Translations under genes and position numbers: made by a program
Notes under the pieces: generated by a model
Databases searched by the model: none
Told to the model about the DNA's origin: nothing
What the model saw: the letters and a program-made list of their open reading frames with translations, nothing else
NCBI RefSeq assembly: GCF_006345805.1
Contig: NC_043001.1
Location: forward strand, 103,478,001-103,542,000
From: Octopus sinensis
Taxonomy: Eukaryota
Length of the DNA stretch: 64,000 nt
Reading direction: 5' to 3'
Shown: positions 37,005 to 49,857 of the stretch, one piece after another
How positions within the stretch are numbered: position 1 is the stretch's first letter
How the letters are laid out: every line of letters starts with the position of its first letter

Positions 37005-39166
37005 TCTGAAAGACTCTCGCGTAGTTCTTAATTACCGGTTATTCTTCATTTGATAACAAAGTCATTTGGTATGGCTACATCAATGATCTGACAATATTTG
37101 TCTTTCTTATTCGATATGACAATATCCGGCCGACGGTGTTCGATTACACGATCCGTCTGAAAATCATAGTCCCAGAGTATCGTTACTTTTCCATCCTCCT
37201 GCATAACTTTTCTTGGCACATGCTCATACCAGTTCTCTGTTACTTCATATTGGTATGTACAGCATAAGAGCCAATGAAGATATACACACACTTTATCGTT
37301 GCGGTGCTTGTATTCTTCTTGTGCAAAGCTCTCACATTCACTTACCAAGTGGATCACAGAGTTTGCATGTCTGGATCTCAGAAGTTTTATAGATGTTATA
37401 CTTCACTGAATTGATAGCAAGAGCCTTGCCTTGTGCAGCAATGATCAGGATTTCGGTGGTACGCTTCAAATCACCTCACTCAAGCCATGCCCACGATGTT
37501 GTATTATCCTTCCTTTGAAACTGTCGATACATTCTCATTTAAAAAAGGTTTTCTTTTCTCTTCTCCGCAGCTCTTTGGTTAAGCACTGCCTTGTCCATCA
37601 TTTCATCTGCATTTATACCCTATCTTTCGTGCCATATTGCAGCAGGTCTTCATCACTATTTATCAAATACTCAGCAAGCGTTCTCTTTTCACTTCTTATA
37701 GAATGGTCTCTACTAATTAGTCCTCTGCCTCCATTCTTTATTTTCCTATACAGTCTGTTTACGTTTGCTTTAGGGTGTAGCGCCCCATGCAGCGTCATCA
37801 ACTTTCTCGTCCTTCTATCCAGCGTTGATATTTCCTCTTTAGTCCATTTGAGGATGGACGCATTACATCTGACCACCGCAACTGCCCAGATATTCATTGC
37901 GGTAATCACATTTTTGGTGATCAGGTTGGATTTCAACACCATCTTCACCCTTTTTTGATACGCCTCGCTGACCTTGACATTCATTTCTTTGTGTAGAATG
38001 TCATTCAGCTCCCAAATCCTTAAATATCTATATCCACTACTGTCTGGTTCACCCATGGTCTTTCCTGATGGTAGCCGCGATCCTCTGTAGGCTGCTTTCT
38101 TCCCCCTTTCCATATTAAGTACTGAGCATTTCGTGATCCCAAATTCCATACCAATGTCCATACCACACTTCTGGATTGTTTTGGTTAAGGAATCTGTCTG
38201 TTTTTCAGATTTCCCAAACAAATTCAGGTTGTCCATAAACAGAAGATGGTTCAATGATGGGCCTTTCTTCAACATCGGTAACTCATCTTAACTTTCCTAA
38301 GTGTCATTGTTATGGGTATTATTGCAATTACAAAATGTAATGGAGAAAATGAGTCACATTGGAAGATTCCCCTTTTAATATTAACTTCTCAAGGAATACA
38401 TTACTTGAGTACAATTTGGTTTTCCACTCTTCCATGCTATGCATCAGAAAATTTGTGATGTTGTCAGCAACACCGAACATCTGCAGGCATCCAACGATCC
38501 CAGAATGAGGCACCACATTATATGCCTTCTTAAAGTCAATCCAAGCCATAGACATGTTTGTATGATGTTTTTTACAATGCCTCAAAACTGTTTTATCGAT
38601 GACCAGGTGAGCCTTGCTGCCCTGAGAACTCTTCCTACATTCTTTTTGTTCCCTTGGTAGAATTTCTCCCTGCGCCAGGAAAGTGTATTTCTTCCTGTGC
38701 ACATATTCCAGTGAGTATCTTCCAGATTATATTTAGGCATGCTATGGGACGGTAGTTTCCCACAAATATTCCCTTTTCTTTTATCTTTCATTACAAGTGT
38801 TGTCCTCCCAGTCACCATCCATGTTGCGACTGTACCTTTCTGGACACACTTATTCAATTGGTCTGCTAGTCTTTCATGCACCAAGTGGCATCTCTTCAGC
38901 CAGAAGCCATGAATCCCATCTGGTCCGGGGGCTTTCCAGTTAGGCACTTTACCCGCTTGTTCTTTCACATCACCTGTGCTTATGACAATATTCCTTTGTT
39001 TCTTTCCTCCTTGTAATTCTGTCTTGATAGTTCCCATCCACATTGCATCCCTTTTATGTTCCATATTGTTTCCCCATAATCCACCCCAGAACTCCTTGGC
39101 TTCATTTGCATCAGGAGCAACATATTGCCCATTGTATCCTTCTAACATTCGGAAGAGTTGCTTCAG

Positions 39167-39168
<2 letters not shown>
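37005..39168 (-). pseudogene. 5'-truncated R4/Dong-like non-LTR retrotransposon (RT plus restriction-like endonuclease), frameshifted
   Basis: NWKAPGPDGIHGFWLK, MAWIDFKKAY, LNHLLFMDNL, HPKANVNRLY..GGRGL, HLVSEC..YKHRND, WYEH.P, ILWD..QTDR..RRPDIV, IIDVAIP; both ends in (TAA)n. Confidence 0.92.
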
Positions 39169-39232
<64 letters not shown>

Positions 39233-39644
39233 TATTATTATTATACTACTAACATAATTCGTTTCTAAAATATTTTTTTTCAAATTTCGTAGTTCAGTGA
39301 TAAATCTAATTCGCACTTTGTATATAGTAAAATCTTTGATAGATATTTAAAAAAAAACAAAAATACCTTTAACAAAATTTCTATATTTTGTGATTTGTCG
39401 AATGTAATCTCAATAGTTCAGAAATTTTTGCAGATAATTCAATAATAATTATTTCAACATCATTCCAATATTTTGTTATCTTATGCCGTATTTTCGCAAG
39501 TCCATTTACATAAAAGATAATCTTTTCAAATGATCTTCAAATTTTTTTAATATCTCGTATACGATATTAGGTCGTTCAGTAATTCTTTAAAACCTTCGCA
39601 TGCTACCAATGCAAACACAGACATTACTCCAACATACACGCACG

Positions 39645-39679
<35 letters not shown>

Positions 39680-39862
39680 AATAAAACTTATATATATATG
39701 TATATATGTATGTATAGGTATGTATTATATACTAAAATATATATATATAAATAGTAACTCCCCCCCCCCAAAAAAAAACGAAGAGCAAACACAAGAAAAC
39801 AGCAATATGAGGACGTGGTAATGTAAAGTATTAGCAGATGCTTAGGGAAGGAAAGAAAGATG

Positions 39863-39898
39863 GTTTAACGTTTCGAGCAGACGCTTTTCTTCAGAAAC
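39863..39898 (-). ncRNA. Minimal type I hammerhead motif within a dispersed repeat (39775-39960)
   Basis: Minus strand GTTT-CTGAAGA-a-AAGC/GCTC-GAAA-CGTT-AAAC; degenerate paralogue at 52700-52738. Confidence 0.7.
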
Positions 39899-39973
39899 AG
39901 AGGAAATTCCAATAGAAAGGAAGACGGAGGAAGAAAATCGCCAACGATTCACATATGGTTATATATATATATC

Positions 39974-40061
39974 TTGAACCCAACCCTGGGTTCTCATTCC
40001 TAAGCTTTTTGCTGCTGTTGTTTTTTTGTTGTTGTTTTTGTTCTTGTTGGTGTTATTATTA

Positions 40062-40133
<72 letters not shown>

Positions 40134-40381
40134 AGGCACTGTCTGGAATTGAACTCGCAATCTTGGGGTTAGTAGCCCATGGTTAAGAGTTCGGAGTACT
40201 AACTCCAAGAAAATATAATAATAATAATAATAACATCAGCAAAAAAATACCTTAGGAATGAGAACCCAGACTTGTGTTCAAAATTCCACCAGGACACCTG
40301 ATGAAGGCCGGAGAGTAAATCAGCCGAAACGTTGTGGTAAAGATGAGGACACATATCCATCCAATGGAAATAAAGTAAATA

Positions 40382-40385
<4 letters not shown>
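39974..40385. mobile_element. Head-to-head inverted pair of a tRNA-head/(AAT)n/hammerhead element
   Basis: Minus copy 39974-40178 and plus copy 40179-40385 share TACTAACYCCAAGA, (AAT)n and CTTAGGAATGAGAACCCAG. Confidence 0.75.
40293..40336 (+). ncRNA. Minimal type I hammerhead motif, intact core
   Basis: CAC-CTGATGA-a-GGCCG/CAGCC-GAAA-CGTT-GTG; one mismatch in stem II. Confidence 0.75.
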
Positions 40386-40445
<60 letters not shown>

Positions 40446-41179
40446 TAATAGATAGATATATATACACGTACATATCTTATAATAGTTCAGCTCGTTCCTC
40501 CATTATTTAACCCATCCGTAACGCTTTCACGCGATTAACTGAAAGGTTGAAGAGAGTTAGGAAAGGGGAGAAGGAGGGAGAAAAGAGTGTAAGGCGAAAG
40601 AGAGAGAAGAGAGAGAAAGAGGGAGAGTATTGTGCATTAAGTCTATAAAATTGTGCTTAGAGTATATAAAGTGTATATATAAAGCGCATGAAGTAATATT
40701 CAAATTTCTTCCGCTTTTTCAATGATTAGCAGACGAGCAACTCTCTTTTGATACGAACACTACACAGGCTACGTTTTCAGGTTTCTTGCATAAAGTTTTC
40801 AGAAATAACTCAATAGATTTTACATCATTAATTCCGTGAAATATTCACGGATCCCGCCAGTTATTTATACATACACACGTAAATGTATATATATATATAT
40901 ATTCATATCAGGTTTGCATATCTATCTGCATAAATGTGGTAGAAATCTATGCATGCAGGCTTCGTCATACGTGTGTCCAGACACCGATCCGTCCATTTGC
41001 ACACACACACGCACACACACACACAGACACGCACACACACACACACACACAACACACACACACACACACAGAGGCACACCACACACAACACACACACAGT
41101 TGCGGGCGTATATGCATGCATAAACATATATACAAGGCTGTAATCAAATTAATATGAACTTAGGAACGATAAGTATTTA

Positions 41180-41233
<54 letters not shown>

Positions 41234-41349
41234 AGACACACATACATACGCACACGCACACGCACACACACATACACATACACATACACCCTGGCGTTCC
41301 TCGTATGTGACTCTATTGAATTATAAAATCAATCACACTACGCATAATA

Positions 41350-41449
41350 NNNNNNNNNNNNNNNNNNNNNNNNNNNNNNNNNNNNNNNNNNNNNNNNNNN
41401 NNNNNNNNNNNNNNNNNNNNNNNNNNNNNNNNNNNNNNNNNNNNNNNNN
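41350..41449. other. Assembly gap (100 N)
   Basis: Directly visible. Confidence 1.
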
Positions 41450-41509
41450 GAAGAAAGAAGAAGAAGAAGAAGAAGAAGAAGAAGAAGCAGAAGCAGAAGA
41501 AGAAGACAG

Positions 41510-42412
41510 TGGCACACCTTGTTTCAGGATGTCCCAAGTTGGGAGAATATAAGAAATGAAGGCATGTCCTAAATTGCGAAAGTTTTACACTGGAAGCTTT
41601 GTGAGAAATGGGGATTCGAAGCTGGAGGTACGTAGTATGGTCAACAGGTTGAGAGAGAGTTGGAGTCGGAGAAATGCAAGATTTTATGGGGTTTTCCTAT
41701 TCAAATGAATAAGAAACTAGAAATTAATGGACCGGACATAACAATGATAGAGAATGAAAAGCGAGGCTGCTTGCTAACTGATTCAGCATGTCCGTTTGAC
41801 TTCAGAATCGCAAAGAAAGAGGACGAAAAAAAAAAATCAATCCCTTACAGTTTGAATTTGCAAGTATTTGGAATACGAAAAGTGTAAAGGTTGTGCCTCT
41901 AATAATTAGATATGACCCCCTTCGGTCAGACACTGACCATGGGTTTGCACCTAGAGAGTTACCCTCTGAGGCACAAGTCTGGGCAAGGTTGTTTTATGGA
42001 AGACCAGAAGTCGCCCATGCATACCGGCCTCCCCTCTCTCCACGTCACCGATGTTGTCCAAGGGAAAGGCAAGGGCCGATACAGCTTGGCACCTGTGACG
42101 TCGCAACTCATTTCTACAGCTGAGTGAACTGGAGCAACGTGAAATAAAGTGTCTTGCTCAAGAACACAACACGCAGCCCGGTCCGGGATTCGAGCTCACA
42201 ACCTCCTGATCGTAAGCTCGACGCTCTAACCACTGAGCCACGCGCCTTCGCATTGGTAACTGTGAGCAAAGATATAGAGAAATGGTTGAAGGAAAATCAG
42301 GAGGGTCTCAAGCACTTGAAAAACTATTGAAAGCTAGTGGATACTTAGGTTACAGGTAGTAACCCACTACCAACCACGAATAAGAAGGAATCTGAGACAA
42401 ATCAATAATAAT
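41510..42412 (+). pseudogene. R4/Dong-like LINE 3' fragment (RLE domain), interrupted by a SINE
   Basis: ESEKCKILWGFPIQMNKKLEINGPDITMI..CLLTDSACPFD..KEDEK; ends in AATAATAATAAT. Confidence 0.75.
41912..42252 (-). mobile_element. tRNA-derived SINE, C-type head and core with a different tail
   Basis: GGCGCGTGGCTCAGTGGTTAGAGC..GCTCGAATCCC..TTGAGCAAGACACTTTATTTCAC, then a tail unlike 30650-30806. Confidence 0.9.
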
Positions 42413-42415
42413 AAT

Positions 42416-42600
42416 CTTTTCCGCTATAGGCGCAAGGGGCGGTGGTTAGTCGACTAGATCAGTGTTCAACTAGTTTTTATTTCATCAACCCTGAAAGGAT
42501 AACAGGACAAGTCAACTTCGGCAGAATTTGAACTCAGAACGTAAAGACGGACGGAATTCTAATAAGCATATATCCGGCGTGCTAACGATTTTACCAGCTC
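42416..42600 (-). mobile_element. SINE family A (degenerate)
   Basis: Shared motifs with the other copies. Confidence 0.75.
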
Positions 42601-43949
42601 AACAACAACAATGACAATAGCATTAGCATGAGGTCAGCCAATTTCGGTCATTTGAACCAATCCCAGCATTCACAGATGCTCTGTTTCTTCTCTCTGCATT
42701 TTCTACTACAAACGCCATCTTCTTTTACTCTGAACCTAGACAACTTCATTAACCATTAACCTTTCACGAGTCACATCAATTTTCGCCCCAACCCTTCGTC
42801 ACCTCCCAGATCATACGCTAAACTCTGCGCAGAATCTCACTAGAACTACAAACCTCCTGAAATGTTACTAGTTCAAGTTTTCTTTTTCCTTTTTTGTTGA
42901 CTTCTGGATATTGGTTAACCTACAGAAATTGAGACTGGACATCAATCAGCCTCGTTAATCACATTAGTCTAATAAGACCTACAAAGGTCATGAGTACCGA
43001 CTGCTCCGGCTTCTTTGATTTCCGTCATGAAAAAGAAACATCGACTTCGATGGGAATTCAGCTCTGAATATTAATGAAGTGAAGTAAATATTTCAAGGCT
43101 GTCTTCTGTCTGCACCAAATAAAGCAGAAGTTGAAGAAAAAATAAATCAAAAACAAAAACAAACAAAACAAGACAAGAAAACTATGGACTGCATGAAATA
43201 ATGAAAATGGAAGCGAAAGAGCGAATGTAAATAATAAAAAGAAAGACAAAATAGAAAAAAATGCAAATAAAATAAAAGGAAAAGTATTAACTAAGAGTTT
43301 AAAAGAGAATATGGCAGACTTGAAATAAGAAAATAAGAGACGGAAAAAAAAAAACAGAAATTGAGATGTAAAAAGATGTAAGAGTGGAAGAAAGGAATAA
43401 AGAAAAGATAGAAATAAATCTTAATAATAAATTGTTTATGCAACAAGTTGTAACAAAGCTCCTGGGAGAGCGCTGAAAAAGATTTGTAGAAATGTAATTA
43501 GAAACAGGCGATCGCTGTGAACATTGACAAAGATGTCGGCGAGTCGCAGCTGGTCGAATGGTTTAGCTGCTCACAACGAAAGCGTCCGTTGCTCTAATCT
43601 CATTGTTGGCACGTTCTGGTTTTTATAGCTTAATTCTCAAATAGCCATCGATCTTGTCGATGAAAAGCATAATTAATGCCTTGGAGCATTAAACAACTGA
43701 AGTAGAATCAAATATGCATCGAAAGAAAAATATCAACTAATGACTAATATTATATTTGTACTTTTCTGTCTGCAGTCGCAGACGTTCATTTTGTTTCATT
43801 TAGTCGTCTGCGGCCATGATGTGGGCCTTCGGCTTCAGGGTTTAGCTAATGATATCAACCTAAATATTTGTTTTACTCTAATAAATATTCCATCGATAAA
43901 TATTTAACGAAATGTTAAATTTCGGAACATAACGAGAGATGAATATATA

Positions 43950-44105
43950 CAATGGATTTGCGTTAAGAAACTTGCTTCTCAACCACATGGTTCCGGGTTC
44001 GGTCCTTCTGCGTGATGCCTTGGGCAAGTGTCTCTTACTATAGCCTCGGACCGATCAAAGCCTTGTGAATGGATTTGATAGAGGAAAACTGAAAGAAGTT
44101 TGTAT
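43950..44105 (+). mobile_element. SINE family B 5' half
   Basis: AACCACATGGTTCCGGGTTCG..TTGGGCAAGTG..AAACTGAAAGAAG. Confidence 0.8.
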
Positions 44106-44130
44106 ATAGATGTACAAGTGTGCGTATGTT

Positions 44131-44189
<59 letters not shown>

Positions 44190-44532
44190 ATTTAATGATT
44201 GGATAGGCAGGACGTTAGTTAATTGTAGGATGTGGCTGCTAAATAACTGATCAGTAAGCTTGGTTGGCTAGTTGGTTGGCCTTATGTAGAGGGCATCGTG
44301 TCATGTTCTTTGAAGTGGGTCAGTTACGAGGAGAAGTAAAAAGGCGGGAGAGAGGTGGGAGGAGAGAGAGAGAGAGAGACAGAGAGAGAAACAAAGAAGC
44401 TCTGTTTTGTCGACCTCTCATTCCTTCTTATCTGTAAATAAATCAAATAAATATCGTAAATAAGTAGCAGTAAATAAACGAATGAGTAGAACATTTCCCG
44501 TGTTGGCGGCTGTCAATATCTTTATCAACATC

Positions 44533-44748
44533 AAGGTGGCGAGCTGGCAGAAACGATAGCACACCGGGCGAAATGCTTACCGGTATTTCGTCTGCCGCTA
44601 CGTTCTGAGTTCAAATTCCGCCGAGGTAGACTTTGCCTTTTTATCCTTTCGGAGTCGATGAATTAAGTACCAGTTGTGTACTGGGGTCGATCTAATCGAC
44701 TGGCCCCCTCACCCAAAATTTCGGGTCTTGTGCCTAGAGTAGAAAAAA
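44533..44748 (+). mobile_element. SINE family A, full length
   Basis: Complete; possible degenerate TSD AATATCTTTATCAACATC / AATATCATTATCAGCATC. Confidence 0.92.
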
Positions 44749-45307
44749 ATATCATTATCAGCATCATCTAATAAGGAATGTTGAACCATTAGATTGAAGA
44801 TAGCTATAAATAAATGGCTAGAAGATTGAGTAAGTATGAGCGGGTCTTAAGTTTGTGGTTTCCAACATCGTCGTTATAATTAAATGGGGGAGATTAAAAT
44901 ATTAGAATGACGATAGTTATATAATTGAAATTTGGTAAAATTTCAGATTATGAAAAAACGGGTTTAATTATAAAAATTATAATTCAGGAAAAAATTTGAA
45001 TATTATTAAAATTAAAGAAAAGATAGTTTATGCATATTATTTTTAGAATTAAGGGATTAAAATTGAGTAATAAATTTAGTCCTAATTTTGAATTTCTAAT
45101 TATGGTTTGCAATCCATGGTTTATAAAAGTCGTACTGCAAAGAGTTAAACGAAGGAAAACATTGTAATACGATTAAATTTTAACTCAAGTTTAAATTTAT
45201 GGGTTAAACCTTTAAACCGCTAGGTAGCAGCACGTGTTACTATTACGATAATAGAATTGTTTTGTTTTGCTCGCTCGTAATGTTGTACAAACAGCGGAAA
45301 CAATGAG

Positions 45308-45438
45308 CAACAACAACAACAACAGCAACTACTACTACTACTACTACTACTACTTACTACTACTACTAACTACTACTACTGCCACCACCACCACCACAAC
45401 CACCACCACCACCACCTCCACTACTACTACTACTACTA

Positions 45439-45486
<48 letters not shown>

Positions 45487-45522
45487 AACCACAGCAACTA
45501 TTCTTACTATTACTACTACTGT
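45308..45522. repeat. (AAC)/(ACT)/(ACC)n microsatellite
   Basis: Directly visible. Confidence 0.95.
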
Positions 45523-46177
45523 CTTTTTCTTGAATAAGCTAAGAAAGAAAAACTGCCACATTATGTAACTCAATATACTGATAATGTTGCGGCCGCTGGT
45601 CGTTTCAACTTCGCCATCTTACAATTAAGCTGAGAACTCGTACGAAGATCTACGTTCTCTGATCTTCTCTGAAAATGCGTTTCCAACAAAATAAATTAGA
45701 ATCATATGAACGTAAATCATACTATACGTGCTTCATTTAATTATTTTCATTCAATTTTCTTACCTGTCAAATCTTGGATAATGCCTTCAAGCCATGCACC
45801 CCGCTGCTTGTTTTCACGAGAAAAATTCAATGAAAATCTCGTTCTGATTAAATCTTAGTTATGCATTATTTTCGTACTCCAGAGGGAGTAATTAAAATTT
45901 CCTTAATATAAAAGTATCTGGGAATTAAATTTCCAGCAACTCAATACGTATTGGTGACAAGCTGAATATTTAATAGATTAGCATGAGAGAATTAAACAAA
46001 ATAGGATTCTTAGAAATTTACCATTCAATTATTTACGGCTTGGGTCCCTTAAATTTGGAACTCCATAGTCCGGCGCTTCCATAATCTAACAGGCTTTGAA
46101 TCTGTTGCTATCGGTTTATTGAACAGACACTGAAGCAGATTTAGTTTTAGGCATTATACAATGTGCTCATAAATTTT

Positions 46178-46408
46178 TTTCTACTGTAGGCACAAGGCCC
46201 GAAATGTTTTTGGGGACGGGGCCAGTTGATTAGATCGACTCCAGTACGCAACTGGTACTTATTTTATCAACCCCGAAAGGATGAAAGGCAAAGTCGACCT
46301 CGGCGGAATTTGAACTCAGAACGTAGCGGTAGACGAAATACCTATTTCTTTACTACCCACAAGGGGCTAAACACAGAGGGGACAAACAAGGACAGAGAAA
46401 AGGATTAA
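46178..46408 (-). mobile_element. SINE family A dimer remnant (alternative tail, body, standard tail)
   Basis: GGGTAGTAAAGAAATA|GGTATTTCGTC junction. Confidence 0.88.
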
Positions 46409-46899
46409 GAAGCTGGTCCTCTGTGCATCACATCCCTACTTCTCAAGATAGTCACCGTTTCTCTCAAAAGCAATGTTCCACCGTCGAATGAGAGCATGTA
46501 TCCCTGCCCCGTAAAATTCTGTTGACTGTTCTTTGAGTCACTTCTTCACTACAGTTTTCACTTCCTCGTCACTGGAATAATTTAGCGCCTTCAGACTATC
46601 ATCTCTTCGGTCCCATGAAAGAGTTTTTGAGAGACAAACATTATTCCAGTGATGAGGAAGTGAAAACTGTAGTGAATAAGTGGCTCAAAGAAATTTCAAC
46701 AAAATTTTACTGGGCAGGGATACATGCTCTCATTAGAAGGTGGAACATTGCTATTGAGAGAAACGGTGACTATGTTGAGAAGTAGGGATGTGATGCACAG
46801 AAGACCAGCTTCATTTTGATGTATGATACATGTTCCTGTATTGGTAATTATACCTGTCCTAAACAAAATGGCGGCATTACTTTTTGACTCACCTTCGTA
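46409..46899 (+). mobile_element. Mariner-derived fold-back element (transposase C-terminus duplicated in inverted orientation)
   Basis: 46582-46785 encodes LAPSDYHLFGPMKEFLRDKHYSSDEEVK..WLK..FYWAGIHALIRRWNIAIERNGDYVEK*; 46409-46581 is the reverse complement of 46640-46812; right terminus TTTGACTCACCTTCG-TA. Confidence 0.92.
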
Positions 46900-47079
46900 T
46901 ATAACTGTATTAAACGTCAAAATTGTGATGAACTTTTGTCGATAACTGATGAGGGGAGAGGGTATGTCCACGTCCTTTGTCTGCTTTTTTTTCTGTTTTC
47001 CATGTTCTTCCGTTGTCTTTCTGTGCACAATTTCACTATGCATATACGCACACGCACAGATGCACACACACGCACACAT

Positions 47080-47127
<48 letters not shown>

Positions 47128-47706
47128 AAATATGTATGCCAAAATACACATGTATGCATGCAATGCGAGTGCCTGTGTTTTTCAGACTTATTGATATGTA
47201 TGTATGTGATCATACACGCACATAAACAAACGCACAAACACACACACACACAAGCACACACACATACCGAGAGAGGGTGGAGGCGATAGAAAGAAAGAGA
47301 GAGAGAAGACAAAAGCATTTTGTGAAAGAATTCTAAACACGTCACTTTTTCTCTCTCTCTCGCTCTCTTCCCTTTTTACTCTCTCTGTATTTCCTCTTTG
47401 GTCTGTTTCCTCTCACCGTTATAGTTGTATCACTCCTTGAAAGTCATTTAACGCAAAAACCTATGATAAAATGGCACATTTTGTGAAAAGTAGCAGTTTA
47501 CAAGAATCTCATTATTTCACAAATTAACCTATGAGCTCTTACAGCTCTCATCTTGTTACAGTTATTTTTATTACAGGTTTGGCCGTTCGCCCACAATCAA
47601 GAGGGAATATGGATTATTTTAGTGACGAAATCTCCAAAAACTAATTACCAAACGCCGCTGACACTTTGGAAATATTTCTTTCCTTTTGCGACTACACGCA
47701 CACACA

Positions 47707-47747
<41 letters not shown>

Positions 47748-48362
47748 GCGCGCGCGCACGCACACACACACACACACACCACACACGCGCGCGCGCACAT
47801 TACGCACGCGTACGCACACAATTGGCTCAGATACACCTGTATTGTTAAACGTCCATTTTTCCGTGAAGTATGTGTGTGGGTAACGAAGGCTTGACAATAA
47901 TATTCGTGTAAAAGAGATGGACAGTATTTCTGCTTCACATAAAATTTCGTAATCGCTTTCCTGGCTCCCATAAATTCCATGTTCTTTTCTTGTAACTTAG
48001 TGTCGACTTATCTATAGGATATAAACTCAATTTCAGTTTCACATTGAATTCTAATATCAAGGTGTACTAACTGTTCTAAAACCGTAGCTATAACCATTAG
48101 CAAAAATATTTGTTACTGGAAACGTGCTTGATGTTTCGTTTAATGTTACGAAATATCGACTTGCTAAAAGATGCAGTACATTTAAATGGAATAAATTTCG
48201 AACCACGAGTTCTTGTCCAGTATTTTAATACACGTTGCAAGTTATATAAACACTGCTATATAAATATTATACCTGTATTATGTTTGCGCAGTGGCATTGC
48301 TGATCCTCCGCGTGTCGTTCCAATTTTAGAATATATGTAACCGAGCTAAGGAAGACAGAGTC

Positions 48363-48419
48363 ACTACCACCACCACCACCACCACCACCACCACCACCAC
48401 CACCGCCACCGCCGCCGCC

Positions 48420-48450
<31 letters not shown>

Positions 48451-48481
48451 CCACCGCCGCCACCGCCGCCGCCGCCGCGCC

Positions 48482-48512
<31 letters not shown>

Positions 48513-48558
48513 CCACCACCACCACCACTGCCGCCGCCACCGCCGCCGTCGCTGCTCC
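48363..48558. repeat. GC-rich (CCA)n/(CCG)n triplet repeat
   Basis: Directly visible. Confidence 0.95.
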
Positions 48559-49857
48559 CGCCAAAAGAACCAGAGCTAAATAGGCAATAAACTCTTTTGA
48601 CAACATGGTCAGCTTTGTGGAGCAAAGTAACGGCCTGCATGTTATGAATATTATCTGCACTTTCACTCTCCACCACGTTTTGAGTCGGTTGCAATTAGTT
48701 TGTGGTTCTGGCACCGTGGTATTTATGATTTGAGACGGCATATTACGCGAATCAATAAAAGAAAGTTTGGAAGCATTGATTTCTGTATTCTATATTGTTT
48801 TTAAGTAACATATATGTGCAAAGAGTCTTCAGGATAAAGTTTAGCCTTCAGGGGCTACATTTAGCTCTTCTGTTTTCCGACATTTTTCCGTGCCCGGTAA
48901 CGGCTAAGTCCCAAATGTTGGTGTGTTTAACAAATCAAACGTTTATTTAAGTTTCTCGTCTATCAATGGACAATAAATCAACTCCTATCGCAAGCTGACA
49001 CCTTAATTCGCCAAAGCTAATCAAGAAAGTACATAAAACATATTTATAATTCATACCTTATGTCTGTGCTAATAGAACACCTGTGTAGCTGTTATGTTGT
49101 TGTTGTTGTTGTTGTTGCTATGTATGTTTCTTTATTAGCCACAGGACAGAACACAGAGGGGGCGAAATACAAAATAGAGCTTTTCTTTTTGGGAAAGAAA
49201 AAATGTTTTCTATATTCCATTATTGTTTTTATCTTTATTCTATTATCATTATGTTTACATGTCTATATATCTATATGTCCATGTATATTTTTAGTACATC
49301 AATATATATTTCAGATTGGACACTTCTTATTTTATCCCAATTAAACCCTTACATGTATGTATCAATCGCAGTCTGCATGGTTTGAACCTCTTCTATTGTA
49401 TCTGTTATACTTGTCTAGCGCCTCGGGTTCGACTTGAGCACTTCTACGTTCTATGTTATACGATACGAAAGCTTCTTATTACACAGCAACTGTATACACA
49501 CACACATACAAACACACACACATAGGCAGACACACAAACATACAGACACACGCATGCATATATATAAATGTATGTATTTATGTATGTACGCATGAATCCA
49601 CACTTAAGCATTGCAGTTCTCAAAGACGAAGTAAACTCACTTTTATGTTGATATTTCAAACGTTCTAATCCATTCTTGCAAATAGCAGCAGCGTTCCAGT
49701 GTACTGGAAGAATTATCTTCCCTTTGCTGTTGCTGTCGAAGCCATAATCGAGAGACTTATCTTCTAAACGAATGAACAAACGAACAACCATGATACACAG
49801 CCTTATTCCAGTTTCTTTATCTATTACATACTGACACTGTTTCTAACACAAATGGGG

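Noticed and set aside
37005-39316. Active reverse transcriptase gene
   Set aside because: Multiple frameshifts, deletions, a mutated catalytic motif (FMDN) and 5' truncation
42610-42980. Possible CR1/L2-type LINE 3' remnant (similar at 34560-34860 minus)
   Set aside because: Too degraded to support by eye
48326-48741. Poly-Gly/Ala/Val ORF resembling a transcription-factor low-complexity region
   Set aside because: No domain, no convincing splice sites, and flanking codons are uninformative
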